Source of the DNA: Eledone cirrhosa
Taxonomy: Eukaryota
Direction of reading: 5' to 3'
Length of the DNA stretch: 64,000 nt
Assembly (NCBI GenBank): GCA_964016885.1
Contig: OZ024742.1
Location: 310,001-374,000, forward strand
Below are positions 38,201 to 52,151 of the stretch, one piece after another; the first letter of the stretch is position 1; each line of letters starts with the position of its first letter. The notes under the pieces were generated by a model. It was not told where the DNA came from, searched no databases, and worked only from the letters and a program-made list of their open reading frames with translations. The position numbers and the translations under genes were made by a program.

Positions 38201-41200
38201 GATGTTGTGATGAGTGATGGAATGAGATGGTTGGGTCATGTGCTGAGGTAAGATGACAGTGACTGGGTGAGAGAAATAGAGCAAGTGATGGATGTTGTGA
38301 TGAGATATGGAATGAGGTGGTTGGGTCATGTGCTGAGGTAAGTTGACAGTGACTGGGTCAGAGATAGAGAGCAAGTGATGGATGTTGTAATGAGTGATGG
38401 AATGAGATGGTTGGGTCATGTGCTGAGGTAAGATGACAGTGACTGGGTGAGAGAAATAGAGCAAGTGATGGATGTTGTGATGAGAGATGGAATGAGGTGG
38501 TTGGGTCATGTGCTGAGGTAAGATGACAGTGACTGGGTGAGAGAAATAGAGCAAGTGATGGATGTTGTGGTGAGAGATGGAATGAGATGGTTGGGTCATG
38601 TGCTGAGGTAAGATGACAGTGACTGGGTGAGAGAAACAGAGCAAGTGATGGATGTTGTGATGAGTGATGGAATGAGATGGTTGGGTCATGTGCTGAGGTA
38701 AGATGACAGTGACTGGGTGAGAGAAATAGAGCAAGTGATGGATGTTGTGATGAGATATGGAATGAGGTGGTTGGGTCATGTGCTGAGGTAAGTTGACAGT
38801 GACTGGGTCAGAGATAGAGAGCAAGTGATGGATGTTGTAATGAGTGATGGAATGAGATGGTTGGGTCATGTGCTGAGGTAAGATGACAGTGACTGGGTGA
38901 GAGATATAGAGCAAGTGATGGATGTTGTGATGAGAGATGGAATGGGGTGTTTGGGTCATGTGCTGAGGTAAGATGAGAGTGACTGGGTGAGAGAAATAGA
39001 GCAAGTGATGGATGTTGTGATGAGAGATGGAATGAGATGGTTGGGTCATGTGCTGAGGTAAGATGACAGTGACTGGGTGAGAGAAATAGAGCAAGTGATG
39101 GATGTTGTGATGAGAGATGGAATGGGGTGTTTGGGTCATGTGCTGATGTAAGATGAAAGTGACTGGGTGAGTGAAATAGAGCAAGTGATGGATGTTGTGA
39201 TGAGTGATGGAATGAGGTGGTTGGGTCATGTGCTGAGGTAAGATGACAGTGACTGGGTGAGAGAAATAGAGCAAGTGATGGATGTTATGATGAGTGATGG
39301 AATGAGGTGGTTGGGTCATGTGCTGAGGTAAGATGACAGTGACTGGGTGAGAGAAATAGAGCAAGTGATGGATGTTGTGATGAGAGATGGAATGAGATGG
39401 TTGGGTCATGTGCTTAGGTAAGATGACAGTGACTGGGGGAGAGAAATAGAGCAAGTGATGGATGTTGTGATGAGAGATGGAATGAGATGGTTGGGTTATG
39501 TGCTGAGGTAAGATGACAGTGACTGGGGGAGAGAAATAGAGCAAGTGATGGATGTTGTGATGAGAGATGGAATGAGATGGTTGGGTCATGTGCTGAGGTA
39601 AGATGACAGTGACTGGGTGAGAGAAATAGAGCAAGTGATGGATGTTGTGATGAGAGATGGAATGAGATGGTTGGGTCATGTGCTGAAGTAAGATGACAGT
39701 GACTGGGTGAGAGAAATAGAGCAAGTGATGGATGTTGTGATGAGTGATGGAATGAGATGGTTGGGTCATGTGCTGAGGTAAGATGACAGTGACTGGGTGA
39801 GAGAAATAGAGCAGGTGATGGATGTTGTGATGAGAGATGGAATGAGATGGTTGGGTCATGTGCTGAGGTAAGATGACAGTGACTGGGTGAGAGATATAGA
39901 GTAGATGATGGATGTTGTGATGAGAGATGGAATGAGATAGTTGGGTCATGTGCTGAGGTAAGATGACAGTGACTGGGTGAGAGAAATAAAGCAAGTGATG
40001 GATGTTGTGATGAGAGATGGAATGAGGTGACTGGGTCATGTGCTGAGGTAAGATGACAGTGACTGGGTGAGAGATATAGAGTAGATGATGGATGTTGTGA
40101 TGAGAGATGGAATGAGATAGTTGGGTCATGTGCTGAGGTAAGATGACAGTGACTGGGTGAGAGAAATAGAGCAAGTGATGGATGTTGTGATGAGAGATGG
40201 AATGAGATGGTTGGGTCATGTGCTGAGGTAAGATGACAGTGACTGGGTGATAGAAAGAGAGCAAGTGATGGATGTTGTGATGAGTGATGGAAGAGATGGT
40301 TGGGTCATGTTCTGATGTAAGATGACAGTGACTGGGTGAGAGATATAGAACAAGTGATGGATGTTGTGATGAGAGATGGAATGAGATAGTTGGGTCATGT
40401 GCTGAGGTAAGATGACAGTGACTGGGTGAGAGAAATAGAGCAGGTGATGGATGTTGTGATGAGAGATGGAATGAGATGGTTGGGTCATGTGCTGAGGTAA
40501 GATGACAGTGACTGGGTGGGAGAAATAGAGCAAGTGATGGATGTTGTGATGAGTGATGGAAGAGATGGTTGGGTCATGTTCTGAGGTAAGATGACAGTGA
40601 CTGGGTGAGAGAAATAGAACAAGTGATGGATGTTGTGATGATAGATATAATGAGATGGTTGTGTCATGTGCTGAGGTAAGATGACAGTGACTGGGTGAGA
40701 GAAATAGAGCAAGTGATGGATGTTATGATGAGAGATGGAATGAGATGGTTGGGTCATGTGATGAGGTAAGATGACAGTGACTGGGTGAGAGAAATAGAGC
40801 AAGTGATGGATGTTGTGATGAGAGATGGAATGGGGTGTTTGGGTCATGTGCTGAGGTAAGATGACAGTGACTGGGTGAGAGAAATAGAACAAGTGATGGA
40901 TGTTGTGATGATAGATATAATGAGATGGTTGGGTCATGTGCTGAGGTAAGATGACAGTGACTGGGTGAGAGAAATAGAGCAAGTGATGGATGTTATGATG
41001 AGAGATGGAATGAGATGGTTGGGTCATGTGCTGAGGTAAGATGACAGTGACTGGGTGAGAGAAATAGAGCAAGTGATGGATGTTATGATGAGAGATGGAA
41101 TGAGATGGTTGGGTCATGTGCTGAGGTAAGATGACAGTGACTGGGTGAGAGAAATAGAGCAAGTGATGGATGTTGTGATGATAGATATAATGAGATGGTT

Positions 41201-44200
41201 GGGTCATGTGCTGAGGTAAGATGACAGTGCCTGGGTGAGAGAAACAGAGCAAGTGATGGATGTTGTGATGAGTGATGGAATGAGATGGTTGGGTCATGTG
41301 CTGAGGTAAGATGACAGTGACTGTGTGAGAGAAATAGAGCAAGTGATGGATGTTGTGATGATAGATATAATGAGATGGTTGGGTCATGTGCTGAGGTAAG
41401 ATGACAGTGACTGGGTGAGAGAAATAGAGCAAGTGATGGATGTTGTGATGATAGATATAATGAGGTGGTTGGGTCATGTGCTGAGGTAAGATGACAGTGA
41501 CTGGGTGAGAGAAATAGAGCAAGTGATGGATTTTGTGATGAGTGATGGAATGAGATGGTTGGGTCATGTGCTGAGGTAAGATGACAGTGACTGGGTGAGA
41601 GAAAGAGAGCAAGTGATGGATGTTGTGATGAGAGATGGAATGAGATGGTTGGGTCATGTGCTGAGGTAAGATGACAGTGACTGGGTGAGAGAAATAGAGC
41701 AAGTGATGGATGTTGTGATGAGAGATGGAATGAGATGACTGGGTCATGTGCTGAGGTAAGATGACAGTGACTGGGTGAGAGAAATAGAGCAAGTGATGGA
41801 TGTTGTGATGAGATATGGAATGAGGTGGTTGGGTCATGTGCTGAGGTAAGTTGACAGTGACTGGGTCAGAGATAGAGAGCAAGTGATGGATGTTGTGATG
41901 AGAGGTGGAATGAGGTGGTTGGGTCATGTGCTGAGGTAAGATGACAGTGACTGGGTGAGAGAAATAGAGCAAGTGATGGATGTTGTGATGAGTGATGGAA
42001 TGAGGTGGTTGGGTCATGTGCTAAGTAATATGAGAGTGACTGAGTGAGAGAAATAGAGCAAGTGATGGATGTTGTGATGAGTGATGGAATGAGATGGTTG
42101 GGTCATGTGCTGAGGTAAGATGACAGTGACTGGGTGAGAGAAATAGAGCAAGTGATGGATGTTGTGATGAGTGATGGAATGAGATGGTTGGGTCATGTGC
42201 TGAGGTAAGATGACAGTGACTGGGTGAGAGAAAGAGAGCAAGTGATGGATGTTGTGATGAGAGATGGAATGAGATGGTTGGGTCATGTGCTGAGGTAAGA
42301 TGACAGTGACTGGGTGAGAGAAATAGAGCAAGTGATGGATGTTGTGATGAGTGATGGAATGATATGGTTGGGTCATGTGCTGAGGTAAGATGACAGTGAC
42401 TGGGTGAGAGAAAGAGAGCAAGTGATGGATGTTGTGATGAGAGATGGAATGAGATGGTTGGGTCATGTGCTGAGGTAAGATGACAGTGACTGGGTGAGAG
42501 AAATAGAGCAAGTGATGGATGTTGTGATGAGAGATGGAATGAGATGACTGGGTCATGTGCTGAGGTAAGATGACAGTGACTGGGTGAGAGAAATAGAGCA
42601 GGTGATGGATGTTGTGATGAGTGATGGAATGAGGTGGTTGGGTCATGTGCTGAGATAAGATGACAGTGACTGGGTGAGAGAAATAGAACAAGTGATGGAT
42701 GTTGTGATGAGTGATGGAAGAGATGGTTGGGTCATGTGCTGAGGTAAGATGACAGTGACTGGGTGAGAGAAATAGAACAAGTGATGGATGTTGTGATGAT
42801 AGATATAATGAGATGGTTGGGTCATGTGCTGAGGTAAGATGACAGTGACTGGGTGAGAGAAATAGAGCAAGTGATGGATGTTATGATGAGAGATGGAATG
42901 AGATGGTTGGGTCATGTGATGAGGTAAGATGACAGTGACTGGGTGAGAGAAATGGAGCAAGTGATGGATGTTGTGATGAGAGATGGAATGGGGTGTTTGG
43001 GTCATGTGCTGAGGTAAGATGACAGTGACTGGGGGAGAGAAATAGAACAAGTGATGGATGTTGTGATGATAGATATAATGAGATGGTTGGGTCATGTGCT
43101 GAGGTAAGATGACAGTGACTGGGTGAGAGAAATAGAGCAAGTGATGGATGTTATGATGAGAGATGGAATGAGATGGTTGGGTCATGTGCTGAGGTAAGAT
43201 GACAGTGACTGGGTGAGAGAAATAGAGCAAGTGATGGATGTTATGATGAGAGATGGAATGAGATGGTTGGGTCATGTGCTGAGGTAAGATGACAGTGACT
43301 GGGTGAGAGAAATAGAGCAAGTGATGGATGTTGTGATGATAGATATAATGAGATGGTTGGGTCATGTGCTGAGGTAAGATGACAGTGCCTGGGTGAGAGA
43401 AATAGAGCAAGTGATGGATGTTGTGATGAGAGATGGAATGAGGTGGTTGGGTCATGTGCTGAGGTAAGATGAAAGTGACTGGGTGAGTGAAATAGAGCAA
43501 GTGATGGATGTTGTGATGAGTGATGGAATGAGGTGGTTGGGTCATGTGCTAAGTAATATGAGAGTGACTGAGTGAGAGAAATAGAGCAAGTGATGGATGT
43601 TGTGATGAGTGATGGAATGAGATGGTTGGGTCATGTGCTGAGGTAAGATGACAGTGACCGGGTGAGAGAAATAGAGCAAGTGATGGATGTTGTGATGAGT
43701 GATGGAATGAGATGGTTGGGTCATGTGCTGAGGTAAGATGACAGTGACTGGGTGAGAGAAAGAGAGCAAGTGATGGATGTTGTGATGAGAGATGGAATGA
43801 GATGGTTGGGTCATGTGCTGAGGTAAGATGACAGTGACTGGGTGAGAGAAATAGAGCAAGTGATGGATGTTGTGATGAGAGATGGAATGAGATGGTTGGG
43901 TCATGTGCTGAGGTAAGATGACAGTGACTGGGTGAGAGAAATAGAGCAAGTGATGGATGTTGTGATGAGAGATGGAATGAGATGACTGGGTCATGTGCTG
44001 AGGTAAGATGACAGTGACTGGGTGAGAGAAATAGAGCAGGTGATGGATGTTGTGATGAGTGATGGAATGAGGTGGTTGGGTCATGTGCTGAGATAAGATG
44101 ACAGTGACTGGGTGAGAGAAATAGAACAAGTGATGGATGTTGTGATGAGTGATGGAAGAGATGGTTGGGTCATGTGCTGAGGTAAGATGACAGTGACTGG

Positions 44201-47200
44201 GTGAGAGAAATAGAACAAGTGATGGATGTTGTGATGATAGATATAATGAGATGGTTGGGTCATGTGCTGAGGTAAGATGACAGTGACTGGGTGAGAGAAA
44301 TAGAGCAAGTGATGGATGTTATGATGAGAGATGGAATGAGATGGTTGGGTCATGTGATGAGGTAAGATGACAGTGACTGGGTGAGAGAAATAGAGCAAGT
44401 GATGGATGTTGTGATGAGAGATGGAATGGGGTGTTTGGGTCATGTGCTGAGGTAAGATGACAGTGACTGGGTGAGAGAAATAGAACAAGTGATGGATGTT
44501 GTGATGATAGATATAATGAGATGGTTGGGTCATGTGCTGAGGTAAGATGACAGTGACTGGGTGAGAGAAATAGAGCAAGTGATGGATGTTATGATGAGAG
44601 ATGGAATGAGATGGTTGGGTCATGTGCTGAGGTAAGATGACAGTGACTGGGTGAGAGAAATAGAGCAAGTGATGGATGTTATGATGAGAGATGGAATGAG
44701 ATGGTTGGGTCATGTGCTGAGGTAAGATGACAGTGACTGGGTGAGAGAAATAGAGCAAGTGATGGATGTTGTGATGATAGATATAATGAGATGGTTGGGT
44801 CATGTGCTGAGGTAAGATGACAGTGCCTGGGTGAGAGAAACAGAGCAAGTGATGGATGTTGTGATGAGTGATGGAATGAGATGGTTGGGTCATGTGCTGA
44901 GGTAAGATGACAGTGACTGTGTGAGAGAAATAGAGCAAGTGATGGATGTTGTGATGATAGATATAATGAGATGGTTGGGTCATGTGCTGAGGTAAGATGA
45001 CAGTGACTGGGTGAGAGAAATAGAGCAAGTGATGGATGTTGTGATGATAGATATAATGAGATGGTTGGGTCATGTGCTGAGGTAAGATGACAGTGACTGG
45101 GTGAGAGAAATAGAGCAAGTGATGAGTGATGGAATGAGATGGTTGGGTCATGTGCTGAGGTAAGATGACAGTGACTGGGTGAGAGAAAGAGAGCAAGTGA
45201 TGGATGTTGTGATGAGAGATGGAATGAGATGGTTGGGTCATGTGCTGAGGTAAGATGACAGTGACTGGGTGAGAGAAATAGAGCAAGTGATGGATGTTGT
45301 GATGAGAGATGGAATGAGATGACTGGGTCATGTGCTGAGGTAAGATGACAGTGACTGGGTGAGAGAAATAGAGCAAGTGATGGATGTTGTGATGAGATAT
45401 GGAATGAGGTGGTTGGGTCATGTGCTGAGGTAAGTTGACAGTGACTGGGTCAGAGATAGAGAGCAAGTGATGGATGTTGTGATGAGAGATGGAATGAGGT
45501 GGTTGGGTCATGTGCTGAGGTAAGATGACAGTGACTGGGTGAGAGAAATAGAGCAAGTGATGGATGTTGTGATGAGAGGTGGAATGAGGTGGTTGGGTCA
45601 TGTGCTGAGGTAAGATGACAGTGACTGGGTGAGAGAAATAGAGCAAGTGATGGATGTTGTGATGAGAGATGGAATGAGGTGGTTGGGTCATGTGCTGAGG
45701 TAAGATGAAAGTGACTGGGTGAGTGAAATAGAGCAAGTGATGGATGTTGTGATGAGTGATGGAATGAGGTGGTTGGGTCATGTGCTAAGTAATATGAGAG
45801 TGACTGAGTGAGAGAAATAGAGCAAGTGATGGATGTTGTGATGAGTGATGGAATGAGATGGTTGGGTCATGTGCTGAGGTAAGATGACAGTGACTGGATG
45901 AGAGAAATAGAGCAAGTGATGGATGTTGTGATGAGTGATGGAATGAGATGGTTGGGTCATGTGCTGAGGTAAGATGACAGTGACTGGGTGAGAGAAATAG
46001 AGCAAGTGATGGATGTTGTGATGAGAGATGGAATGAGGTGGTTGGGTCATGTGCTGAGGTAAGATGACAGTGACTGGGTGAGAGATATAGAGCAAGTGAT
46101 GGATGTTGTGATGAGAGATGGAATGGGGTGTTTGGGTCATGTGCTGAGCTAAGATGAGAGTGACTGGGTGAGAGAAATAGAGCAAGTGATGGATGTTGTG
46201 ATGAGTGATGGAATGAGATGGTTGTGTCATGTGCTGAGGTACGATGACAGTGACTGGGTGAGAGAAATAGAGCAAGTGATGGATTTTGTGATGAGTGATG
46301 GAATGAGATGGTTGGGTCATGTGCTGAGGTAAGATGACAGTGACTGGGTGAGAGAAAGAGAGCAAGTGATGGATGTTGTGATGAGAGATGGAATGAGATG
46401 GTTGGGTCATGTGCTGAGGTAAGATGACAGTGACTGGGTGAGAGAAATAGAGCAAGTGATGGATGTTGTGATGAGTGATGGAATGATATGGTTGGGTCAT
46501 GTGCTGAGGTAAGATGACAGTGACTGGGTGAGAGAAATAGAGCAAGTGATGGATGTTGTGATGAGTGATGGAATGAGATGGTTGGGTCATGTGCTGAGGT
46601 AAGATGACAGTGACTGGGTGAGAGAAATAGAGCAAGTGATGGATGTTGTAATGAGTGATGGAATGAGATGGTTGGGTCATGTGCTGAGGTAAGATGACAG
46701 TGACTGGGTGAGAGATATAGAGCAAGTGATGGATGTTGTGATGAGAGATGGAATGGGGTGTTTGGGTCATGTGCTGAGGTAAGATGAGAGTGACTGGGTG
46801 AGAGAAATAGAGCAAGTGATGGATGTTGTGATGAGAGATGGAATGAGATGGTTGGGTCATGTGCTGAGGTAAGATGACAGTGACTGGGTGAGAGAAATAG
46901 AGCAAGTGATGGATGTTGTGATGAGAGATGGAATGGGGTGTTTGGGTCATGTGCTGATGTAAGATGAAAGTGACTGGGTGAGTGAAATAGAGCAAGTGAT
47001 GGATGTTGTGATGAGTGATGGAATGAGGTGGTTGGGTCATGTGCTGAGGTAAGATGACAGTGACTGGGTGAGAGAAATAGAGCAAGTGATGGATGTTATG
47101 ATGAGTGATGGAATGAGGTGGTTGGGTCATGTGCTGAGGTAAGATGACAGTGACTGGGTGAGAGAAATAGAGCAAGTGATGGATGTTGTGATGAGAGATG

Positions 47201-49140
47201 GAATGAGATGGTTGGGTCATGTGCTGAAGTAAGATGACAGTGACTGGGTGAGAGAAATAGAGCAAGTGATGGATGTTGTGATGAGTGATGGAATGAGATG
47301 GTTGGGTCATGTGCTGAGGTAAGATGACAGTGACTGGGTGAGAGAAATAGAGCAGGTGATGGATGTTGTGATGAGAGATGGAATGAGATGGTTGGGTCAT
47401 GTGCTGAGGTAAGATGACAGTGACTGGGTGAGAGATATAGAGTAGATGATGGATGTTGTGATGAGAGATGGAATGAGATAGTTGGGTCATGTGCTGAGGT
47501 AAGATGACAGTGACTGGGTGAGAGAAATAAAGCAAGTGATGGATGTTGTGATGAGAGATGGAATGAGGTGACTGGGTCATGTGCTGAGGTAAGATGACAG
47601 TGACTGGGTGAGAGATATAGAGTAGATGATGGATGTTGTGATGAGAGATGGAATGAGATAGTTGGGTCATGTGCTGAGGTAAGATGACAGTGACTGGGTG
47701 AGAGAAATAGAGCAAGTGATGGATGTTGTGATGAGAGATGGAATGAGATGGTTGGGTCATGTGCTGAGGTAAGATGACAGTGACTGGGTGAGAGAAATAG
47801 AGCAAGTGATGGATGTTGTGATGAGTGATGGAAGAGATGGTTGGGTCATGTTCTGAGGTAAGATGACAGTGACTGGGTGAGAGATATAGAGCAGGTGATG
47901 GATGTTGTGATGAGAGATGGAATGAGATGGTTGGGTCATGTGCTGAGGTAAGATGACAGTGACTGGGTGAGAGAAATAGAGCAAGTGCTGGATGTTGTGA
48001 TGAGAATGGAATGAGATGGTTGGGTCATGTGCTGAGGTAAGATGACAGTGACTGGGTGAGAGATATAGAGCAAGTGATGGATGTTGTGATGAGAGATGGA
48101 ATGGGGTGTTTGGGTCATGTGCTGAGGTAAGATGAGAGTGACTGGGTGAGAGAAATAGAGCAAGTGATGGATGTTGTGATGAGAGATGGAATGAGGTGGT
48201 TGGGTCATGTGCTGAGATAAGATGACAGTGACTGGGTGAGAGAAATAGAGCAAGTGATGGATGTTGTGATGAGAGATGGAATGAGATGGTTGGGTCATGT
48301 GCTGAGGTAAGATGACAGTGATTGGGTGAGAGAAATAGAGCAAGTGATGGATGTTGTGATGAGTGATGGAATGAGATGGTTGGGTCATGTGCTGATGTAA
48401 GATGACAGTGACTGGGTGAGAGAAATAGAGCAGGTGATGGATGTTGTGATGAGAGATGGAATGAGATGGTTGGGTCATGTGCTGAGGTAAGATGACAGTG
48501 ACTGGGTGAGAGAAATAGAGCAAGTGATGGATGTTGTGATGAGTGATGGAATGAGATGGTTGGGTCATGTGCTGAGGTAAGATGACAGTGACTGGGTCAG
48601 AGAAATAGAGCAAGTGATGGATGTTGTGATGAGTGATGGAATGAGATGGTTGGGTCATGTGCTGATGTAAGATGACAGTGACTGGGTGAGAGAAATAGAG
48701 CAGGTGATGGATGTTGTGATGAGAGATGGAATGAGATGGTTGGGTCATGTGCTGATGTAAGATGACAGTGACTGGGTGAGAGATATAGAGCAGGTGATGG
48801 ATGTTGTGATGAGTGATGGAATGAGATGGTTGGGTCATGTGCTGATGTAAGATGACAGTGACTGGGTGAGAGAAATAGAGCAGGTGATGGATGTTGTGAT
48901 GAGTGATGGAATGAGATGGTTGGGTCATGTGCTGATGTAAGATGACAGTGACTGGGTGAGAGAAATAGAGCAGGTGATGGATGTTGTGATGAGTGATGGA
49001 ATGAGATGGTTGGGTCATGTGCTGATGTAAGATGACAGTGACTGGGTGAGAGATATAGAGCAAGTGATGGATGTTGTGATGAGTGATGGAATGAGATGGT
49101 TGGGTCATGTGCTGATGTAAGATGACAGTGACTAGGTGAG
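26125..49140. repeat. 90-bp satellite, ~23 kb, ~255 units, with higher-order duplications
   Basis: Unit GAGATGGAATGAGATGGTTGGGTCATGTGCTGAGGTAAGATGACAGTGACTGGGTGAGAGAAATAGAGCAAGTGATGGATGTTGTGATGA; sequence repeats every 1.5 lines. Confidence 0.98.
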
Positions 49141-49487
49141 TTTCATCCTATTGTATCCGTCTTATGTCACAGTATTTACACAAAACAAAACACAGAAAGG
49201 GAACAAAAGAGAAAGAAAAAAAGGATAGATAAATAAAAAAAGATCAAGCAACGAAAGGAAGAGGGCCAGACATTAGACTCCAGTCTGGGCAATGCCTCAA
49301 CTGTACTCTGTAGACAAAATAACAAAGGTATTACCACAGAGAATAGCTAGAAACAGCCACCCTACCTTAAGTGAACCACAGTATTTCAGACTTTACAGAG
49401 AAAATCAATGTTTAGATCAATCAAGTTTTCTATTAATTATAACTATCACGTTAGTAGACTCTTCATAGATGAGATATCATATATATA

Positions 49488-49695
49488 TATAGTACATGTG
49501 TGGCCACATGTTGCTATCTTAATATATCTACCATACATGTGTTCCTACATGTTGCTGTCATTTCTATAGAACATATGCTGCTTCATGTTATCTTAATATC
49601 ATACATGTGTGGCTACATGTTGCTATCTTAATATACATGTGTTGCTACATGTCTTAATATATCCACCATACATGTGTTCCTACATGTTGCTGTCT
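49488..49695. repeat. ACATGT-rich ~40-bp minisatellite block; direct copy at 52808-52995
   Basis: ATAGTACATGTGTGG(C/T)ACATGTTGCTATCTTAATATATCTACCATACATGTGTTCC is shared by both blocks. Confidence 0.85.
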
Positions 49696-49709
49696 ATATA
49701 TATATATAG

Positions 49710-52120
49710 AATATTTTAGTATCGTGAGAGAGTAGAGGTTTAAAGGGATAAGCGATACATATAGTTAGTTGCCAAAAGGTTGTGCATTTGTGCTCAATAC
49801 TTGTGCCTACAGGGTTAAATATCGGAAGCGTTAATATTTAGTGGGCGAGAATATAAGCAGAGCGGCTACAAATGAAAGGATTACAAAAGAGAATACATAC
49901 TGTTAGAACATGTTTATACAAAAGCACCTACTTACGTTTCGCCCGAAAAGGGCTTCTCAATGAACATACAAATCTAGAGTGTTCAGTACAGGACCCAGAA
50001 GGGGTTTTAAGATGACAATCACATGGAAATTCCTTCTTGATTCAAACAGACATAGTTATTATTGTCACAGAGCAAGGGGAGTAACTCTGGCCGGTGTTTG
50101 AATAAATGTCCCTAAATGGCTTATCATCCGTTCACATGATGGTTGTTTTCCACTACTATTTTATGGGTGTCACTTTACTGCTGCCTAGTCAAGCCGGATC
50201 TAAGATGCATAGTTGGTGTACAGATGTTTAGTTATGCAACCTGCCAGACGGCACGTTATGGTTTGGTGCAGGGGGACCTGATTTATGGTATTCATGTCTC
50301 AACAGGGGTCCAACCATGGAATGACTGCTGTATTCTGTGTCTGCAGTTTATCACCAATTCTGCTCTGCTGTTGATGAGCTCTATGGGTGCTCTTACGATA
50401 TGGTTAAGTTCCATGAAGCAGAGCTGGCATTTCCTCTTGAAGTTATACGGTGTTGCCCTGCTGACAATTTCCCAGTATGTGGAGAAGCTGATGTTGGAGT
50501 CTTTTAATGTGGTGATGTAGTTGTCGAGTGATGTGGAGTGCCTTAGTTTCTTGTTTCTAAAAGAGTGGAGATGCGTTCGAAATCTAGTTTTGAATGAGCC
50601 AGAGGTGGCCCCTATATAATGCTTGACGCTATTATGGCTAGTCACGGTGCACCTATAAATAACGTTGTCTGTCAGGCAACTTCCCCTAAGCGAACAGCTT
50701 CCCTGGTCTCGACAGCTGCAGTGTTGGCCGCTGCGGTGGCTCCTAGTGCCCGAAGTAAGGCCATTACTATCACTACCTATGTTATTATCTACGCCACCGC
50801 CACTATCTCCATAGTTAGTACTATTATATCCTATGGTGCGCGGGATAGTACAATTATTACCCCGCGCACCACAGCGCCTTCTGTTGCCGCCTCGCGATCC
50901 GTACAGGTCACCAGCATGCTCCCCAGTCTCGCCGCCATTATGTCGGTTGCGTCTGTTGGAGCTTCCACCAACACTGTCGGGTTCTATTTTAATATTGTTC
51001 TTATTGAGGATTTTCCTGTATGTATGGTTGGGTGGCAAGTTCTTTAAGGCTTCGAAGAATATCCTAGGTAAGTCAGAGGCCACACTCCTAGAGTAGGGAG
51101 GATGGAACCATAGGACATTACGTTGGCAGTTACGCGTAGCCTTGGGCTTATTACGGGTCATGTTGGCTAGGTATCCGTTTTTATTGTTGCTACTGTGCTG
51201 CAGCCTACTGTGCGTCCCCTTCGCTTTATGCTCAGGTGCACCCGCCTTCCTTGCGTTACGCTTACGTGCAGCTAAACGCCGGTTGGAGGGTGTAGGTAAT
51301 AGGCCTTCGCTGTTGTTAATCCTATAAGCAGGAATAATTCTCGTAGGTTACAGCGGTTACCGTTGCCCATATTATAACCCTTATTATGCGGTAGGCCCTC
51401 GACACCGCCCCACAGGTAGTTAACGCTACGGCCGTGTTTCTTAGTGCGATTCTCTATACTACAATTATTAACTCTATCATGACCGCTGCGTGTTTGGTTA
51501 TATGTATGGCTTACTATAACCTTAGTTCTATGATGGGTGTGGATACTAGAGTCAGCGTTAGAAGGTAGGAGATTCTTCGGTTATATCCGTCACCTACCAA
51601 GGCTTTATTGTAGTAGTCAGCAGCTTGGTTGAAGATGTCCTTGTTGGCGGATAGCCTCGAGATCCTATGGGATATGCTATATACTATGGAGTTGAGAGTA
51701 GACTTAGGGTGGTTGGATGCATAATTAATATATGATAGAATCTCACAGGGCTTATGGTATGGCTTGTACAGGCCCGTATCCAACTCCAGGGTCACATCTA
51801 GGAAGTTGAGTATCTGGTGGTTGAGGTCCATAGTTACGGATAGGCCGTATGATTTGAAGAACCTGTGTATGCGCTTGTTAAGATTCTCTATCCTGCAGGG
51901 GCTATGGTTCCCAACGGTAAATAGGGCGTCATCCCTATATACACCTCTTTGTAGGGCCGGGATCTCGTCCCTAAGTTTATGGAGGAGGTATATTCCAACC
52001 AGGTCAGTTGCTTGCCCCGAGTCACTGGACCCCAACGTGATATCGAAGTTAACGTACGTAGGTGCTTTTGTATAAACATGTTCTAACAGTCTATATTCTC
52101 CTTTGTAATCCTTTCATTTA
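49710..52120 (-). mobile_element. 5'-truncated Naiad-like Penelope element (partial RT, linker, GIY-YIG, 3' UTR) with inverted pLTR fragment at the 5' junction; disrupted
   Basis: MGSSDS..LVGIYLL..GVYRDDAL..NFLDVTL..YKPYHKP..SNHP; VLWFHPPYS; CSC..CSL..CLTDNVIYRC..YIGATSGSFKTRF; CQLC..E; 52051-52118 is the reverse complement of 49872-49938. Confidence 0.85.
49922..49965 (-). ncRNA. Hammerhead-like motif with U3-A8 core (stem I poorly formed)
   Basis: Minus strand TTGAGAA-GCCC-TTTTC-GGGC-GAAA-CGTAAG-TA; the inverted copy at 52051 shows palindromic stem III ACGTACGT. Confidence 0.5.

Positions 52121-52149
<29 letters not shown>

Positions 52150-52151
<2 letters not shown>

Noticed and set aside
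26028-49108. His-rich ORFs of up to 3047 aa as a real gene
   Set aside because: Antisense reading of a LINE-derived 90-bp satellite, with repeated 1-bp frameshifts, no ATG or signal context and no unique termini; kept only as a low-interest finding
24150-49140. CRISPR-like arrays
   Set aside because: Head-to-tail repeats without unique spacers, no cas genes, eukaryotic context
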